DNA from: Eledone cirrhosa
Taxonomy: Eukaryota
DNA: 64,000 nt
Reading direction: 5' to 3'
Assembly: GCA_964016885.1 (NCBI GenBank)
Contig: OZ024741.1
Span: 211,110,001 to 211,174,000, forward strand
The notes beneath the pieces are model-generated. The model was not told where the DNA came from, made no database searches, and worked only from the letters and a program-made list of their open reading frames with translations. The translations under genes were made by a program, and so were the position numbers. Shown here piece after piece: positions 25,850 to 40,565 of this stretch (its first letter is position 1; each line of letters opens with the position of its first letter).

Positions 25850-28800
25850 TCCACCTATCTCAGCCACAGTCCACTGTCTCAGCCGCAGTCCACTGTCTCA
25901 GCCACAGTCCACTGTCTCAGCATCAGTCCACCTATCTCAGCCTCAGTCCACTGTCTCAGTCTCAGTCCACCTATCTCAGCCACAGTCCACCTATCTCAGC
26001 CACAGTCCACTGTCTCAGCCACAATCCACCTATCTCAGTCTCAGTCCACTGTCTCAGCCACAGTCCACTGTCTCAGTCTCAGTCCACCTATCTCAGCCAC
26101 AGTCCACTGTCTCAGCCTCAGTCCACTGTCTCAGCCACAGTCCACTGTCTCAGCATCAGTCCACCTACCTCAGCCTCAGTCCACTGTCTCAGTCTCAGTC
26201 CACCTATCTCAGCCACAGTCCACTGTCTCAGCCTCAGTCCACTGTCTCAGCCACAGTCCACTGTCTCAGCATCAGTCCACCTACCTCAGCCTCAGTCCAC
26301 TGTCTCAGCCACAGTCCACTTATCTCAGCCAGAGTCCACTGTCTCAGCCACAGTCCACTGTCTCAGTCTCAGTCCACCTATCTCAGTCTCAGTCCACCTA
26401 TCTCAGTCTCAGTCCACTGTCTCAGCCACAGTCCACTGTCTCAGCCTCAGTCCACCTATCTCAGCCTCAGTCCACTGTCTCAGCCACAGTCCACTTATCT
26501 CAGCCTCAGTCCACTGTCTCAGTCTCAGTCCACCTACCTCAGACACAGTCCACCGTCTCAGCCACAGTCCACTGTCTCAGCCTCAGTCCACCTATCTCAG
26601 CCTCAGTCCACCTATCTCAGCCTCAGTCCACCGTCTCAGCCACAGTCCACTGTCTCAGCCTCAGTCCACCTATCTCAGTCTCAGTCCACTGTCTCAGCCA
26701 CAGTCCACTGTCTCAGCCACAGTCCACTGTCTCGGCCTCAGTCCACTCTCTCAGCCACAGTCCACTTATCTCAGTCTCAGTCCACTGTCTCAGCCACAGT
26801 CCACTGTCTCAGCCTCAGTCCACCTATCTCAGCCACAGTCCACTTATCTCAGTCTCAGTCCACTGTCTCATCCTCAGTCAACCTATCTCAGCCACAGTCC
26901 ACTGTCTCAGGCTCAGTCCACCTATCTCAGTCTCAGTCCACCTATCTCAGCTTCAGTCCACCTATCTCAGCCACAGTCCACCTATCTCAGCCTCAGCCCA
27001 CTGTCTCAGTCTCAGTCCACTGTCTCAGCCACAGTCCACTGTCTCAGCCACAGTCCACCTATCTCAGCCTCAGTCCACTGTCTCAGTCTCAGTCCACTGT
27101 CTCAGCCACAGTCCACCTATCTCAGCCACAGTCCACCTATCTCAGCCACAGACCACTTTTCTCAGTCTCAGTCCACCTATCTCAGTCTCAGTCCACTGTC
27201 TCAGCCTCAGTCCACCTATCTCAGTCACAGTCCACCTATCTCAGTCTCAGTCCACTGTCTCAGCCACAGACCACTTATCTCAGTCTCAGTCCACCTATCT
27301 CAGTCTCAGTCCACCTATCTCAGCCTCAGTCCACCTATCTCAGCCACAGTCCACCTATCTCAGCCACAGTCCACTGTCTCATCCTCAGTCAACCTATCTC
27401 AGCCACAGTCCACAGTCTCAGCCTCAGTCCACCTATGTCAGCCACAGTCTCACTGTCTCAGCCTCAGTCCACTCTCTCAACCACAGTCCACTTATCTCAG
27501 TCTCAGTCCACTGTATCAGCCACAGTCCACTGTCTCAGCCTCAGTCCACTGTCTCAGCCTCAGTCCACCTATCTCAGCCACAGTCCACCTATCTCAGCCA
27601 CAGTCCACTGTCTCAGCCTCAGTCCACCTATCTCAGCCACAGTCCACCTATCTCAGTCTCAGTCCACCTACATCAGCCTCAGTCCACCTATCTCAGCCAC
27701 AGTCCACGTATCTCAGCCACAGTCCACTATCTCAGCCTCAGTCCACTGTATCAGTCTCAGTCCGCAGTCTCAGCCACAGTCCACTGTCTCAGCCACAGTC
27801 CACCTATCTCAGCCACAGTCCACTGTCTCAGCCTCAGTCTACCTATCTCAGCCACAGTCCACCTATCTCAGCCACAGTCCACTGTCTCAGCCTCAGTCCA
27901 CCTATCTCAGCCACAGTCCACCTATCTCAGCCACAGTCCACTGTCTCAGCCACAGTCCATTGTCTCAGCCTCAGTCCGCTGTCTCAGCCTCAGTACACCT
28001 ATCTCAGCCACAGTCCACTGTCTCAGCCTCAGTCCACCTATCTCAGCCACAGTCCACCTATCTCAGCCACAGTCCACTGTCTCAGCCACAGTCCACTGTC
28101 TCAGCCTCAGTCCACTGTCTCAGCCTCAGTCCACCTATCTCAGCCACAGTCCACTGTCTCAGCCACAGTCCACTGTCTCAGCCTCAGTTCACTGTCTCAG
28201 CCACAGTCCACTGTCTCAGCTACAGTCCACTGTCTGAGCCACAGTCCATTGTCTCAGCCTCAGTCCACTGTCTCAGCCTCAGTACACCTATCTCAGCCAC
28301 AGTCCACTGTCTCAGCCTCAGTCCACCTATCTCAGCCACAGTCCACCTATCTCAGCCACAGTCCACTGTCTCAGCCACAGTCCATTGTCTCAGCCTCAGT
28401 CCACTGTCTCATCCTCAGTACACCTATCTCAGCCACAGTCCACTGTCTCAGCCTCAGTCCACCTATCTCAGCCACAGTCCACCTATCTCAGCCACAGTCC
28501 ACTGTCTCAGCCACAGTCCATTGTCTCAGCCTCAGTCCACCGTCTCAGCCTCAGTACACCTATCTCAGCCACAGTCCACTGTCTCAGCCACAATCCACCT
28601 ATCTCAGCCAGAGTCCACCGTCTCAGCCACAGTCCACTGTCTCAGCCACAGTCCACTGTCTCAGTCTCAGTCCACTGTCTCAGCCTCAGTCCACCTATCT
28701 CAGTCTCAGTCCACTGTCTCAGCCTCAGTCCACCTATCTCAGTCACAGTCCACTGTCTCAGCCACAGTCCACTGTCTCAGCCACAGTCCACCTATCTCAG

Positions 28801-31800
28801 CCACAGTCCACTTATCTCAGTCTCAGTCCACTGTCTCAGCCACAGTCCACTGTCTCAGTCTCAGTCCACTGTCTCAGCCTCAGTCCACTGTCTTAGCCTC
28901 AGTCCACCTATCTCAGTCTCAGTCCACTGTCTCAGCCACAGTCCACTGTCTCTATCTCGGTCCACCTATCTCAGCCACAGTCCACTGTCTCAGCCACAGT
29001 CCACTGTCTCAGCCACAGTCCACTGTCTCAGCTACAGTCCACTGTCTCAGCCACAGTCCACTGCCTCAGCCTCAGTCCACTGTCTCAGCCACAGTCCACT
29101 TATCTCAGCCTCAGTCCACTGTCTCAGTCTCAGTCCACCTATCTCAGCGACAGTCCACTTATCTCTGCCACAGTCCACTGTCTCAGCCTCAGTCCACTGT
29201 CTCAGCCACAGTCCACTTATCTCAGTCTCAGTCCACTGTCTCAGCCACAGTCCACTGTCTCATCCTCAGTCCACCTATCTCAGCCACAGTCCACAGTCTC
29301 AGCCTCAGTCCACCTACCTCAGCCTCAGTCCACCTATCTCAGCCACAGTCCACGTATCTCAGCCACAGTCCACTGTCTCAGCCTCAGTCCACTGTCTCAG
29401 CCACATTCCACTGTCTCAGCCACAGTCCACCTATCTCAGCCACAGTCCACTGTCTCTGCCACAGTCCACTGTCTCAGCCACAGTCCACTGTCTCAGCCTC
29501 AGTCCACTGTCTCAGCCTCAGTCCACCTATCTCAGCCACAGTCCACTGTCTCAGCCACAGTCCACTGTCTCAGCCACAGTCCACTGTCTCAGCCTCAGTC
29601 CACTGTCTCAGCCACAGTCCACCTATCTCAGCCACAGTCCACTGTCTCAGCCTCAGTCCACTGTCTCAGCCACAGTCCACCTATCTCAGCCACAGTCCAC
29701 TGTCTCAGCCACAGTCCACCGTCTCAGCCACAGTCCACTGTCTCAGCCTCAGTCCACTGTCTCAGTCTCAGTCCACCTATCTCAGCCACAGTCCACTGTC
29801 TCAGCCTCAGTCCACCTATCTCAGCCACAGTCCACTGTCTCAGCCACAGTCCACTGTCTCAGCCACAGTCCACTGTCTCAGCCTCAGTCCACTGTCTCAG
29901 TCTCAGTCCACCTATCTCAGCAACAGTCCACTGTCTCAGCCACAGTCCACTGTCTCAGCATCAGTCCACCTATCTCAGCCTCAGTCCACTGTCTCAGTCT
30001 CAGTCCACCTATCTCAGCCACAGTCCACCTATCTCAGCCACAGTCCACTGTCTCAGCCGCAGTCCACTGTCTCAGCCACAGTCCACTGTCTCAGCATCAG
30101 TCCACCTATCTCAGCCACAGTCCACTGTCTCAGTCTCAGTCCACCTATCTCAGCCACAGTCCACCTATCTCAGCCACAGTCCACTGTCTCAGCCACAATC
30201 CACCTATCTCAGTCTCAGTCCACTGTCTCAGCCACAGTCCACTGTCTCAGTCTCAGTCCACCTATCTCAGCCACAGTCCACTGTCTCAGCCTCAGTCCAC
30301 TGTCTCAGCCACAGTCCACTGTCTCAGCATCAGTCCACCTACCTCAGCCTCAGTCCACTGTCTCAGTCTCAGTCCACCTATCTCAGCCACAGTCCACCTA
30401 TCTCAGCCACAGTCCACTGTCTCAGCCACAGTCCACTGTCTCAGCCTCAGTTCACCTATCTCAGTCTCAGTCCACTGTCTCAGCCACAGTCCACTTATCT
30501 CAGCCAGAGTCCACTGTCTCAGCCACAGTCCACTGTCTCAGTCTCAGTCCACCTATCTCAGTCTCAGTCCACCTATCTCAGTCTCAGTCCACTGTCTCAG
30601 CCACAGTCCACTGTCTCAGCCTCAGTCCACCTATCTCAGCCTCAGTCCACTGTCTCAGCCACAGTCCACTTATCTCAGCCTCAGTCCACTGTCTCAGTCT
30701 CAGTCCACCTACCTCAGACACAGTCCACCGTCTCAGCCACAGTCCACTGTCTCAGCCTCAGTCCACCTATCTCAGCCTCAGTCCACCTATCTCAGCCTCA
30801 GTCCACCGTCTCAGCCACAGTCCACTGTCTCAGCCTCAGTCCACCTACCTCAGTCTCAGTCCACTGTCTCAGCCACAGTCCACTGTCTCAGTCTCAGTCC
30901 ACTGTCTCAGCCTCAGTCCACTGTCTCAGCCTCAGCCCACTGTCTCAGTCTCAGTCCACCTATCTGAGTCTCAGTCCACCTATCTCAGCCACAGTCCACT
31001 GCCTCAGCCACAGTCCACTGTCTCAGTCTCAGTCCACTGTCTCAGCCTCAGTCCACTGTCTTAGCCTCAGTCCACCTATCTCAGTCTCAGTCCACTGTCT
31101 CAGCCACAGTCCACTGTCTCTATCTCGGTCCACCTATCTCAGCCACAGTCCACTGTCTCAGCCACAGTCCACTGTCTCAGCCACAGTCCACTGTCTCAGC
31201 TACAGTCCACTGTCTCAGCCACAGTCCACTGCCTCAGCCTCAGTCCACTGTCTCAGCCACAGTCCACTTATCTCAGCCTCAGTCCACTGTCTCAGTCTCA
31301 GTCCACCTATCTCAGCGACAGTCCACTTATCTCAGCCACAGTCCACTGTCTCAGCCTCAGTCCACTGTCTCAGCCACAGTCCACTTATCTCAGTCTCAGT
31401 CCACTGTCTCAGCCACAGTCCACTGTCTCATCCTCAGTCCACCTATCTCAGCCACAGTCCACAGTCTCAGCCTCAGTCCACCTACCTCAGCCTCAGTCCA
31501 CCTATCTCAGCCACAGTCCACGTATCTCAGCCACAGTCCACTGTCTCAGCCTCAGTCCACTGTCTCAGCCACATTCCACTGTCTCAGCCACAGTCCACCT
31601 ATCTCAGCCACAGTCCACTGTCTCTGCCACAGTCCACTGTCTCAGCCACAGTCCACTGTCTCAGCCTCAGTCCACTGTCTCAGCCTCAGTCCACCTATCT
31701 CAGCCACAGTCCACTGTCTCAGCCACAGTCCACTGTCTCAGCCACAGTCCACTGTCTCAGCCTCAGTCCACTGTCTCAGCCACAGTCCACCTATCTCAGC

Positions 31801-34800
31801 CACAGTCCACTGTCTCAGCCTCAGTCCACTGTCTCAGCCACAGTCCACCTATCTCAGCCACAGTCCACTGTCTCAGCCACAGTCCACCGTCTCAGCCACA
31901 GTCCACTGTCTCAGCCTCAGTCCACTGTCTCAGTCTCAGTCCACCTATCTCAGCCACAGTCCACTGTCTCAGCCTCAGTCCACCTATCTCAGCCACAGTC
32001 CACTGTCTCAGCCACAGTCCACTGTCTCAGCCACAGTCCACTGTCTCAGCCTCAGTCCACTGTCTCAGTCTCAGTCCACCTATCTCAGCAACAGTCCACT
32101 GTCTCAGCCACAGTCCACTGTCTCAGCATCAGTCCACCTATCTCAGCCTCAGTCCACTGTCTCAGTCTCAGTCCACCTATCTCAGCCACAGTCCACCTAT
32201 CTCAGCCACAGTCCACTGTCTCAGCCGCAGTCCACTGTCTCAGCCACAGTCCACTGTCTCAGCATCAGTCCACCTATCTCAGCCTCAGTCCACTGTCTCA
32301 GTCTCAGTCCACCTATCTCAGCCACAGTCCACCTATCTCAGCCACAGTCCACTGTCTCAGCCACAATCCACCTATCTCAGTCTCAGTCCACTGTCTCAGC
32401 CACAGTCCACTGTCTCAGTCTCAGTCCACCTATCTCAGCCACAGTCCACTGTCTCAGCCTCAGTCCACTGTCTCAGCCACAGTCCACTGTCTCAGCATCA
32501 GTCCACCTACCTCAGCCTCAGTCCACTGTCTCAGTCTCAGTCCACCTATCTCAGCCACAGTCCACCTATCTCAGCCACAGTCCACTGTCTCAGCCACAGT
32601 CCACTGTCTCAGCCTCAGTTCACCTATCTCAGTCTCAGTCCACTGTCTCAGCCACAGTCCACTTATCTCAGCCAGAGTCCACTGTCTCAGCCACAGTCCA
32701 CTGTCTCAGTCTCAGTCCACCTATCTCAGTCTCAGTCCACCTATCTCAGTCTCAGTCCACTGTCTCAGCCACAGTCCACTGTCTCAGCCTCAGTCCACCT
32801 ATCTCAGCCTCAGTCCACTGTCTCAGCCACAGTCCACTTATCTCAGCCTCAGTCCACTGTCTCAGTCTCAGTCCACCTACCTCAGACACAGTCCACCGTC
32901 TCAGCCACAGTCCACTGTCTCAGCCTCAGTCCACCTATCTCAGCCTCAGTCCACCTATCTCAGCCTCAGTCCACCGTCTCAGCCACAGTCCACTGTCTCA
33001 GCCTCAGTCCACCTATCTCAGTCTCAGTCCACTGTCTCAGCCACAGTCCACTGTCTCAGTCTCAGTCCACTGTCTCAGCCTCAGTCCACTGTCTCAGCCT
33101 CAGCCCACTGTCTCAGTCTCAGTCCACCTATCTGAGTCTCAGTCCACCTATCTCAGCCACAGTCCACTGCCTCAGCCACAGTCCACTGTCTCAGTCTCAG
33201 TCCACCTATCTCAGCCACAGTCCACTGTCTCAGCCGCAGTCCACTGTCTCAGCCACAGTCCACTGTCTCAGCATCAGTCCACCTATCTCAGCCTCAGTCC
33301 ACTGTCTCAGTCTCAGTCCACCTATCTCAGCCACAGTCCACCTATCTCAGCCACAGTCCACTGTCTCAGCCACAATCCACCTATCTCAGTCTCAGTCCAC
33401 TGTCTCAGCCACAGTCCACTGTCTCAGTCTCAGTCCACCTATCTCAGCCACAGTCCACTGTCTCAGCCTCAGTTCACTGTCTCAGCCACAGTCCACTGTC
33501 TCAGCATCAGTCCACCTACCTCAGCCTCAGTCCACTGTCTCAGTCTCAGTCCACCTATCTCAGCCACAGTCCACTGTCTCAGCCTCAGTCCACTGTCTCA
33601 GCCACAGTCCACTGTCTCAGCATCAGTCCACCTACCTCAGCCTCAGTCCACTGTCTCAGCCACAGTCCACTTATCTCAGCCAGAGTCCACTGTCTCAGCC
33701 ACAGTCCACTGTCTCAGTCTCAGTCCACCTATCTCAGTCTCAGTCCACCTATCTCAGTCTCAGTCCACTGTCTCAGCCACAGTCCACTGTCTCAGCCTCA
33801 GTCCACCTATCTCAGCCTCAGTCCACTGTCTCAGCCACAGTCCACTTATCTCAGCCTCAGTCCACTGTCTCAGTCTCAGTCCACCTACCTCAGACACAGT
33901 CCACCGTCTCAGCCACAGTCCACTGTCTCAGCCTCAGTCCACCTATCTCAGCCTCAGTCCACCTATCTCAGCCTCAGTCCACCGTCTCAGCCACAGTCCA
34001 CTGTCTCAGCCTCAGTCCACCTATCTCAGTCTCAGTCCACTGTCTCAGCCACAGTCCACTGTCTCAGCCACAGTCCACTGTCTCGGCCTCAGTCCACTCT
34101 CTCAGCCACAGTCCACTTATCTCAGTCTCAGTCCACTGTCTCAGCCACAGTCCACTGTCTCAGCCTCAGTCCACCTATCTCAGCCACAGTCCACTTATCT
34201 CAGTCTCAGTCCACTGTCTCATCCTCAGTCAACCTATCTCAGCCACAGTCCACTGTCTCAGGCTCAGTCCACCTATCTCAGTCTCAGTCCACCTATCTCA
34301 GCTTCAGTCCACCTATCTCAGCCACAGTCCACCTATCTCAGCCTCAGTCCACTGTCTCAGTCTCAGTCCACTGTCTCAGCCACAGTCCACTGTCTCAGCC
34401 ACAGTCCACCTATCTCAGCCTCAGTCCACTGTCTCAGTCTCAGTCCACTGTCTCAGCCACAGTCCACCTATCTCAGCCACAGTCCACCTATCTCAGCCAC
34501 AGACCACTTTTCTCAGTCTCAGTCCACCTATCTCAGTCTCAGTCCACTGTCTCAGCCTCAGTCCACCTATCTCAGTCACAGTCCACCTATCTCAGTCTCA
34601 GTCCACTGTCTCAGCCACAGACCACTTATCTCAGTCTCAGTCCACCTATCTCAGTCTCAGTCCACCTATCTCAGCCTCAGTCCACCTATCTCAGCCACAG
34701 TCCACCTATCTCAGCCACAGTCCACTGTCTCATCCTCAGTCAACCTATCTCAGCCACAGTCCACAGTCTCAGCCTCAGTCCACCTATGTCAGCCACAGTC

Positions 34801-37800
34801 TCACTGTCTCAGCCTCAGTCCACTCTCTCAACCACAGTCCACTTATCTCAGTCTCAGTCCACTGTATCAGCCACAGTCCACTGTCTCAGCCTCAGTCCAC
34901 TGTCTCAGCCTCAGTCCACCTATCTCAGCCACAGTCCACCTATCTCAGCCACAGTCCACTGTCTCAGCCTCAGTCCACCTATCTCAGCCACAGTCCACCT
35001 ATCTCAGTCTCAGTCCACCTACATCAGCCTCAGTCCACCTATCTCAGCCACAGTCCACGTATCTCAGCCACAGTCCACTATCTCAGCCTCAGTCCACTGT
35101 ATCAGTCTCAGTCCGCAGTCTCAGCCACAGTCCACTGTCTCAGCCACAGTCCACCTATCTCAGCCACAGTCCACTGTCTCAGCCTCAGTCTACCTATCTC
35201 AGCCACAGTCCACCTATCTCAGCCACAGTCCACTGTCTCAGCCTCAGTCCACCTATCTCAGCCACAGTCCACCTATCTCAGCCACAGTCCACTGTCTCAG
35301 CCACAGTCCATTGTCTCAGCCTCAGTCCGCTGTCTCAGCCTCAGTACACCTATCTCAGCCACAGTCCACTGTCTCAGCCTCAGTCCACCTATCTCAGCCA
35401 CAGTCCACCTATCTCAGCCACAGTCCACTGTCTCAGCCACAGTCCACTGTCTCAGCCTCAGTCCACTGTCTCAGCCTCAGTCCACCTATCTCAGCCACAG
35501 TCCACTGTCTCAGCCACAGTCCACTGTCTCAGCCTCAGTTCACTGTCTCAGCCACAGTCCACTGTCTCAGCTACAGTCCACTGTCTGAGCCACAGTCCAT
35601 TGTCTCAGCCTCAGTCCACTGTCTCAGCCTCAGTACACCTATCTCAGCCACAGTCCACTGTCTCAGCCTCAGTCCACCTATCTCAGCCACAGTCCACCTA
35701 TCTCAGCCACAGTCCACTGTCTCAGCCACAGTCCATTGTCTCAGCCTCAGTCCACTGTCTCATCCTCAGTACACCTATCTCAGCCACAGTCCACTGTCTC
35801 AGCCTCAGTCCACCTATCTCAGCCACAGTCCACCTATCTCAGCCACAGTCCACTGTCTCAGCCACAGTCCATTGTCTCAGCCTCAGTCCACCGTCTCAGC
35901 CTCAGTACACCTATCTCAGCCACAGTCCACTGTCTCAGCCACAATCCACCTATCTCAGCCAGAGTCCACCGTCTCAGCCACAGTCCACTGTCTCAGCCAC
36001 AGTCCACTGTCTCAGTCTCAGTCCACTGTCTCAGCCTCAGTCCACCTATCTCAGTCTCAGTCCACTGTCTCAGCCTCAGTCCACCTATCTCAGTCACAGT
36101 CCACTGTCTCAGCCACAGTCCACTGTCTCAGCCACAGTCCACCTATCTCAGCCACAGTCCACTTATCTCAGTCTCAGTCCACTGTCTCAGCCACAGTCCA
36201 CTGTCTCAGTCTCAGTCCACTGTCTCAGCCTCAGTCCACTGTCTTAGCCTCAGTCCACCTATCTCAGTCTCAGTCCACTGTCTCAGCCACAGTCCACTGT
36301 CTCTATCTCGGTCCACCTATCTCAGCCACAGTCCACTGTCTCAGCCACAGTCCACTGTCTCAGCCACAGTCCACTGTCTCAGCTACAGTCCACTGTCTCA
36401 GCCACAGTCCACTGCCTCAGCCTCAGTCCACTGTCTCAGCCACAGTCCACTTATCTCAGCCTCAGTCCACTGTCTCAGTCTCAGTCCACCTATCTCAGCG
36501 ACAGTCCACTTATCTCTGCCACAGTCCACTGTCTCAGCCTCAGTCCACTGTCTCAGCCACAGTCCACTTATCTCAGTCTCAGTCCACTGTCTCAGCCACA
36601 GTCCACTGTCTCATCCTCAGTCCACCTATCTCAGCCACAGTCCACAGTCTCAGCCTCAGTCCACCTACCTCAGCCTCAGTCCACCTATCTCAGCCACAGT
36701 CCACGTATCTCAGCCACAGTCCACTGTCTCAGCCTCAGTCCACTGTCTCAGCCACATTCCACTGTCTCAGCCACAGTCCACCTATCTCAGCCACAGTCCA
36801 CTGTCTCTGCCACAGTCCACTGTCTCAGCCACAGTCCACTGTCTCAGCCTCAGTCCACTGTCTCAGCCTCAGTCCACCTATCTCAGCCACAGTCCACTGT
36901 CTCAGCCACAGTCCACTGTCTCAGCCACAGTCCACTGTCTCAGCCTCAGTCCACTGTCTCAGCCACAGTCCACCTATCTCAGCCACAGTCCACTGTCTCA
37001 GCCTCAGTCCACTGTCTCAGCCACAGTCCACCTATCTCAGCCACAGTCCACTGTCTCAGCCACAGTCCACCGTCTCAGCCACAGTCCACTGTCTCAGCCT
37101 CAGTCCACTGTCTCAGTCTCAGTCCACCTATCTCAGCCACAGTCCACTGTCTCAGCCTCAGTCCACCTATCTCAGCCACAGTCCACTGTCTCAGCCACAG
37201 TCCACTGTCTCAGCCACAGTCCACTGTCTCAGCCTCAGTCCACTGTCTCAGTCTCAGTCCACCTATCTCAGCAACAGTCCACTGTCTCAGCCACAGTCCA
37301 CTGTCTCAGCATCAGTCCACCTATCTCAGCCTCAGTCCACTGTCTCAGTCTCAGTCCACCTATCTCAGCCACAGTCCACCTATCTCAGCCACAGTCCACT
37401 GTCTCAGCCGCAGTCCACTGTCTCAGCCACAGTCCACTGTCTCAGCATCAGTCCACCTATCTCAGCCACAGTCCACTGTCTCAGTCTCAGTCCACCTATC
37501 TCAGCCACAGTCCACCTATCTCAGCCACAGTCCACTGTCTCAGCCACAATCCACCTATCTCAGTCTCAGTCCACTGTCTCAGCCACAGTCCACTGTCTCA
37601 GTCTCAGTCCACCTATCTCAGCCACAGTCCACTGTCTCAGCCTCAGTCCACTGTCTCAGCCACAGTCCACTGTCTCAGCATCAGTCCACCTACCTCAGCC
37701 TCAGTCCACTGTCTCAGTCTCAGTCCACCTATCTCAGCCACAGTCCACCTATCTCAGCCACAGTCCACTGTCTCAGCCACAGTCCACTGTCTCAGCCTCA

Positions 37801-40565
37801 GTTCACCTATCTCAGTCTCAGTCCACTGTCTCAGCCACAGTCCACTTATCTCAGCCAGAGTCCACTGTCTCAGCCACAGTCCACTGTCTCAGTCTCAGTC
37901 CACCTATCTCAGTCTCAGTCCACCTATCTCAGTCTCAGTCCACTGTCTCAGCCACAGTCCACTGTCTCAGCCTCAGTCCACCTATCTCAGCCTCAGTCCA
38001 CTGTCTCAGCCACAGTCCACTTATCTCAGCCTCAGTCCACTGTCTCAGTCTCAGTCCACCTACCTCAGACACAGTCCACCGTCTCAGCCACAGTCCACTG
38101 TCTCAGCCTCAGTCCACCTATCTCAGCCTCAGTCCACCTATCTCAGCCTCAGTCCACCGTCTCAGCCACAGTCCACTGTCTCAGCCTCAGTCCACCTATC
38201 TCAGTCTCAGTCCACTGTCTCAGCCACAGTCCACTGTCTCAGTCTCAGTCCACTGTCTCAGCCTCAGTCCACTGTCTCAGCCTCAGCCCACTGTCTCAGT
38301 CTCAGTCCACCTATCTGAGTCTCAGTCCACCTATCTCAGCCACAGTCCACTGCCTCAGCCACAGTCCACTGTCTCAGTCTCAGTCCACTGTCTCAGCCTC
38401 AGTCCACTGTCTTAGCCTCAGTCCACCTATCTCAGTCTCAGTCCACTGTCTCAGCCACAGTCCACTGTCTCTATCTCGGTCCACCTATCTCAGCCACAGT
38501 CCACTGTCTCAGCCACAGTCCACTGTCTCAGCCACAGTCCACTGTCTCAGCTACAGTCCACTGTCTCAGCCACAGTCCACTGCCTCAGCCTCAGTCCACT
38601 GTCTCAGCCACAGTCCACTTATCTCAGCCTCAGTCCACTGTCTCAGTCTCAGTCCACCTATCTCAGCGACAGTCCACTTATCTCAGCCACAGTCCACTGT
38701 CTCAGCCTCAGTCCACTGTCTCAGCCACAGTCCACTTATCTCAGTCTCAGTCCACTGTCTCAGCCACAGTCCACTGTCTCATCCTCAGTCCACCTATCTC
38801 AGCCACAGTCCACAGTCTCAGCCTCAGTCCACCTACCTCAGCCTCAGTCCACCTATCTCAGCCACAGTCCACGTATCTCAGCCACAGTCCACTGTCTCAG
38901 CCTCAGTCCACTGTCTCAGCCACATTCCACTGTCTCAGCCACAGTCCACCTATCTCAGCCACAGTCCACTGTCTCTGCCACAGTCCACTGTCTCAGCCAC
39001 AGTCCACTGTCTCAGCCTCAGTCCACTGTCTCAGCCTCAGTCCACCTATCTCAGCCACAGTCCACTGTCTCAGCCACAGTCCACTGTCTCAGCCACAGTC
39101 CACTGTCTCAGCCTCAGTCCACTGTCTCAGCCACAGTCCACCTATCTCAGCCACAGTCCACTGTCTCAGCCTCAGTCCACTGTCTCAGCCACAGTCCACC
39201 TATCTCAGCCACAGTCCACTGTCTCAGCCACAGTCCACCGTCTCAGCCACAGTCCACTGTCTCAGCCTCAGTCCACTGTCTCAGTCTCAGTCCACCTATC
39301 TCAGCCACAGTCCACTGTCTCAGCCTCAGTCCACCTATCTCAGCCACAGTCCACTGTCTCAGCCACAGTCCACTGTCTCAGCCACAGTCCACTGTCTCAG
39401 CCTCAGTCCACTGTCTCAGTCTCAGTCCACCTATCTCAGCAACAGTCCACTGTCTCAGCCACAGTCCACTGTCTCAGCATCAGTCCACCTATCTCAGCCT
39501 CAGTCCACTGTCTCAGTCTCAGTCCACCTATCTCAGCCACAGTCCACCTATCTCAGCCACAGTCCACTGTCTCAGCCGCAGTCCACTGTCTCAGCCACAG
39601 TCCACTGTCTCAGCATCAGTCCACCTATCTCAGCCTCAGTCCACTGTCTCAGTCTCAGTCCACCTATCTCAGCCACAGTCCACCTATCTCAGCCACAGTC
39701 CACTGTCTCAGCCACAATCCACCTATCTCAGTCTCAGTCCACTGTCTCAGCCACAGTCCACTGTCTCAGTCTCAGTCCACCTATCTCAGCCACAGTCCAC
39801 TGTCTCAGCCTCAGTCCACTGTCTCAGCCACAGTCCACTGTCTCAGCATCAGTCCACCTACCTCAGCCTCAGTCCACTGTCTCAGTCTCAGTCCACCTAT
39901 CTCAGCCACAGTCCACCTATCTCAGCCACAGTCCACTGTCTCAGCCACAGTCCACTGTCTCAGCCTCAGTTCACCTATCTCAGTCTCAGTCCACTGTCTC
40001 AGCCACAGTCCACTTATCTCAGCCAGAGTCCACTGTCTCAGCCACAGTCCACTGTCTCAGTCTCAGTCCACCTATCTCAGTCTCAGTCCACCTATCTCAG
40101 TCTCAGTCCACTGTCTCAGCCACAGTCCACTGTCTCAGCCTCAGTCCACCTATCTCAGCCTCAGTCCACTGTCTCAGCCACAGTCCACTTATCTCAGCCT
40201 CAGTCCACTGTCTCAGTCTCAGTCCACCTACCTCAGACACAGTCCACCGTCTCAGCCACAGTCCACTGTCTCAGCCTCAGTCCACCTATCTCAGCCTCAG
40301 TCCACCTATCTCAGCCTCAGTCCACCGTCTCAGCCACAGTCCACTGTCTCAGCCTCAGTCCACCTATCTCAGTCTCAGTCCACTGTCTCAGCCACAGTCC
40401 ACTGTCTCAGTCTCAGTCCACTGTCTCAGCCTCAGTCCACTGTCTCAGCCTCAGCCCACTGTCTCAGTCTCAGTCCACCTATCTGAGTCTCAGTCCACCT
40501 ATCTCAGCCACAGTCCACTGCCTCAGCCACAGTCCACTGTCTCAGTCTCAGTCCACCTATCTCAG
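25850..40565. repeat. Tandem duplication, period 7,351 bp (copies ~25850-33200 and ~33200-40565)
   Basis: Offsets of 7351: CCGCAG 25885/33236; ATG 27435/34786; CTCTATCTCGG 28950/36301 and 31118/38469. ORF-track pair 28385..30967 and 35736..38318 has the same offset. Confidence 0.92.
28820..33200. repeat. Internal ~2,168-bp tandem block pair within the 7,351-bp unit (repeated at ~36.2-40.55 kb)
   Basis: CTCTATCTCGG at 28950/31118 and 36301/38469. Block-specific variants CACATTCC, CAGCAACAG and TATCTGAGTC occur once per block. Confidence 0.85.
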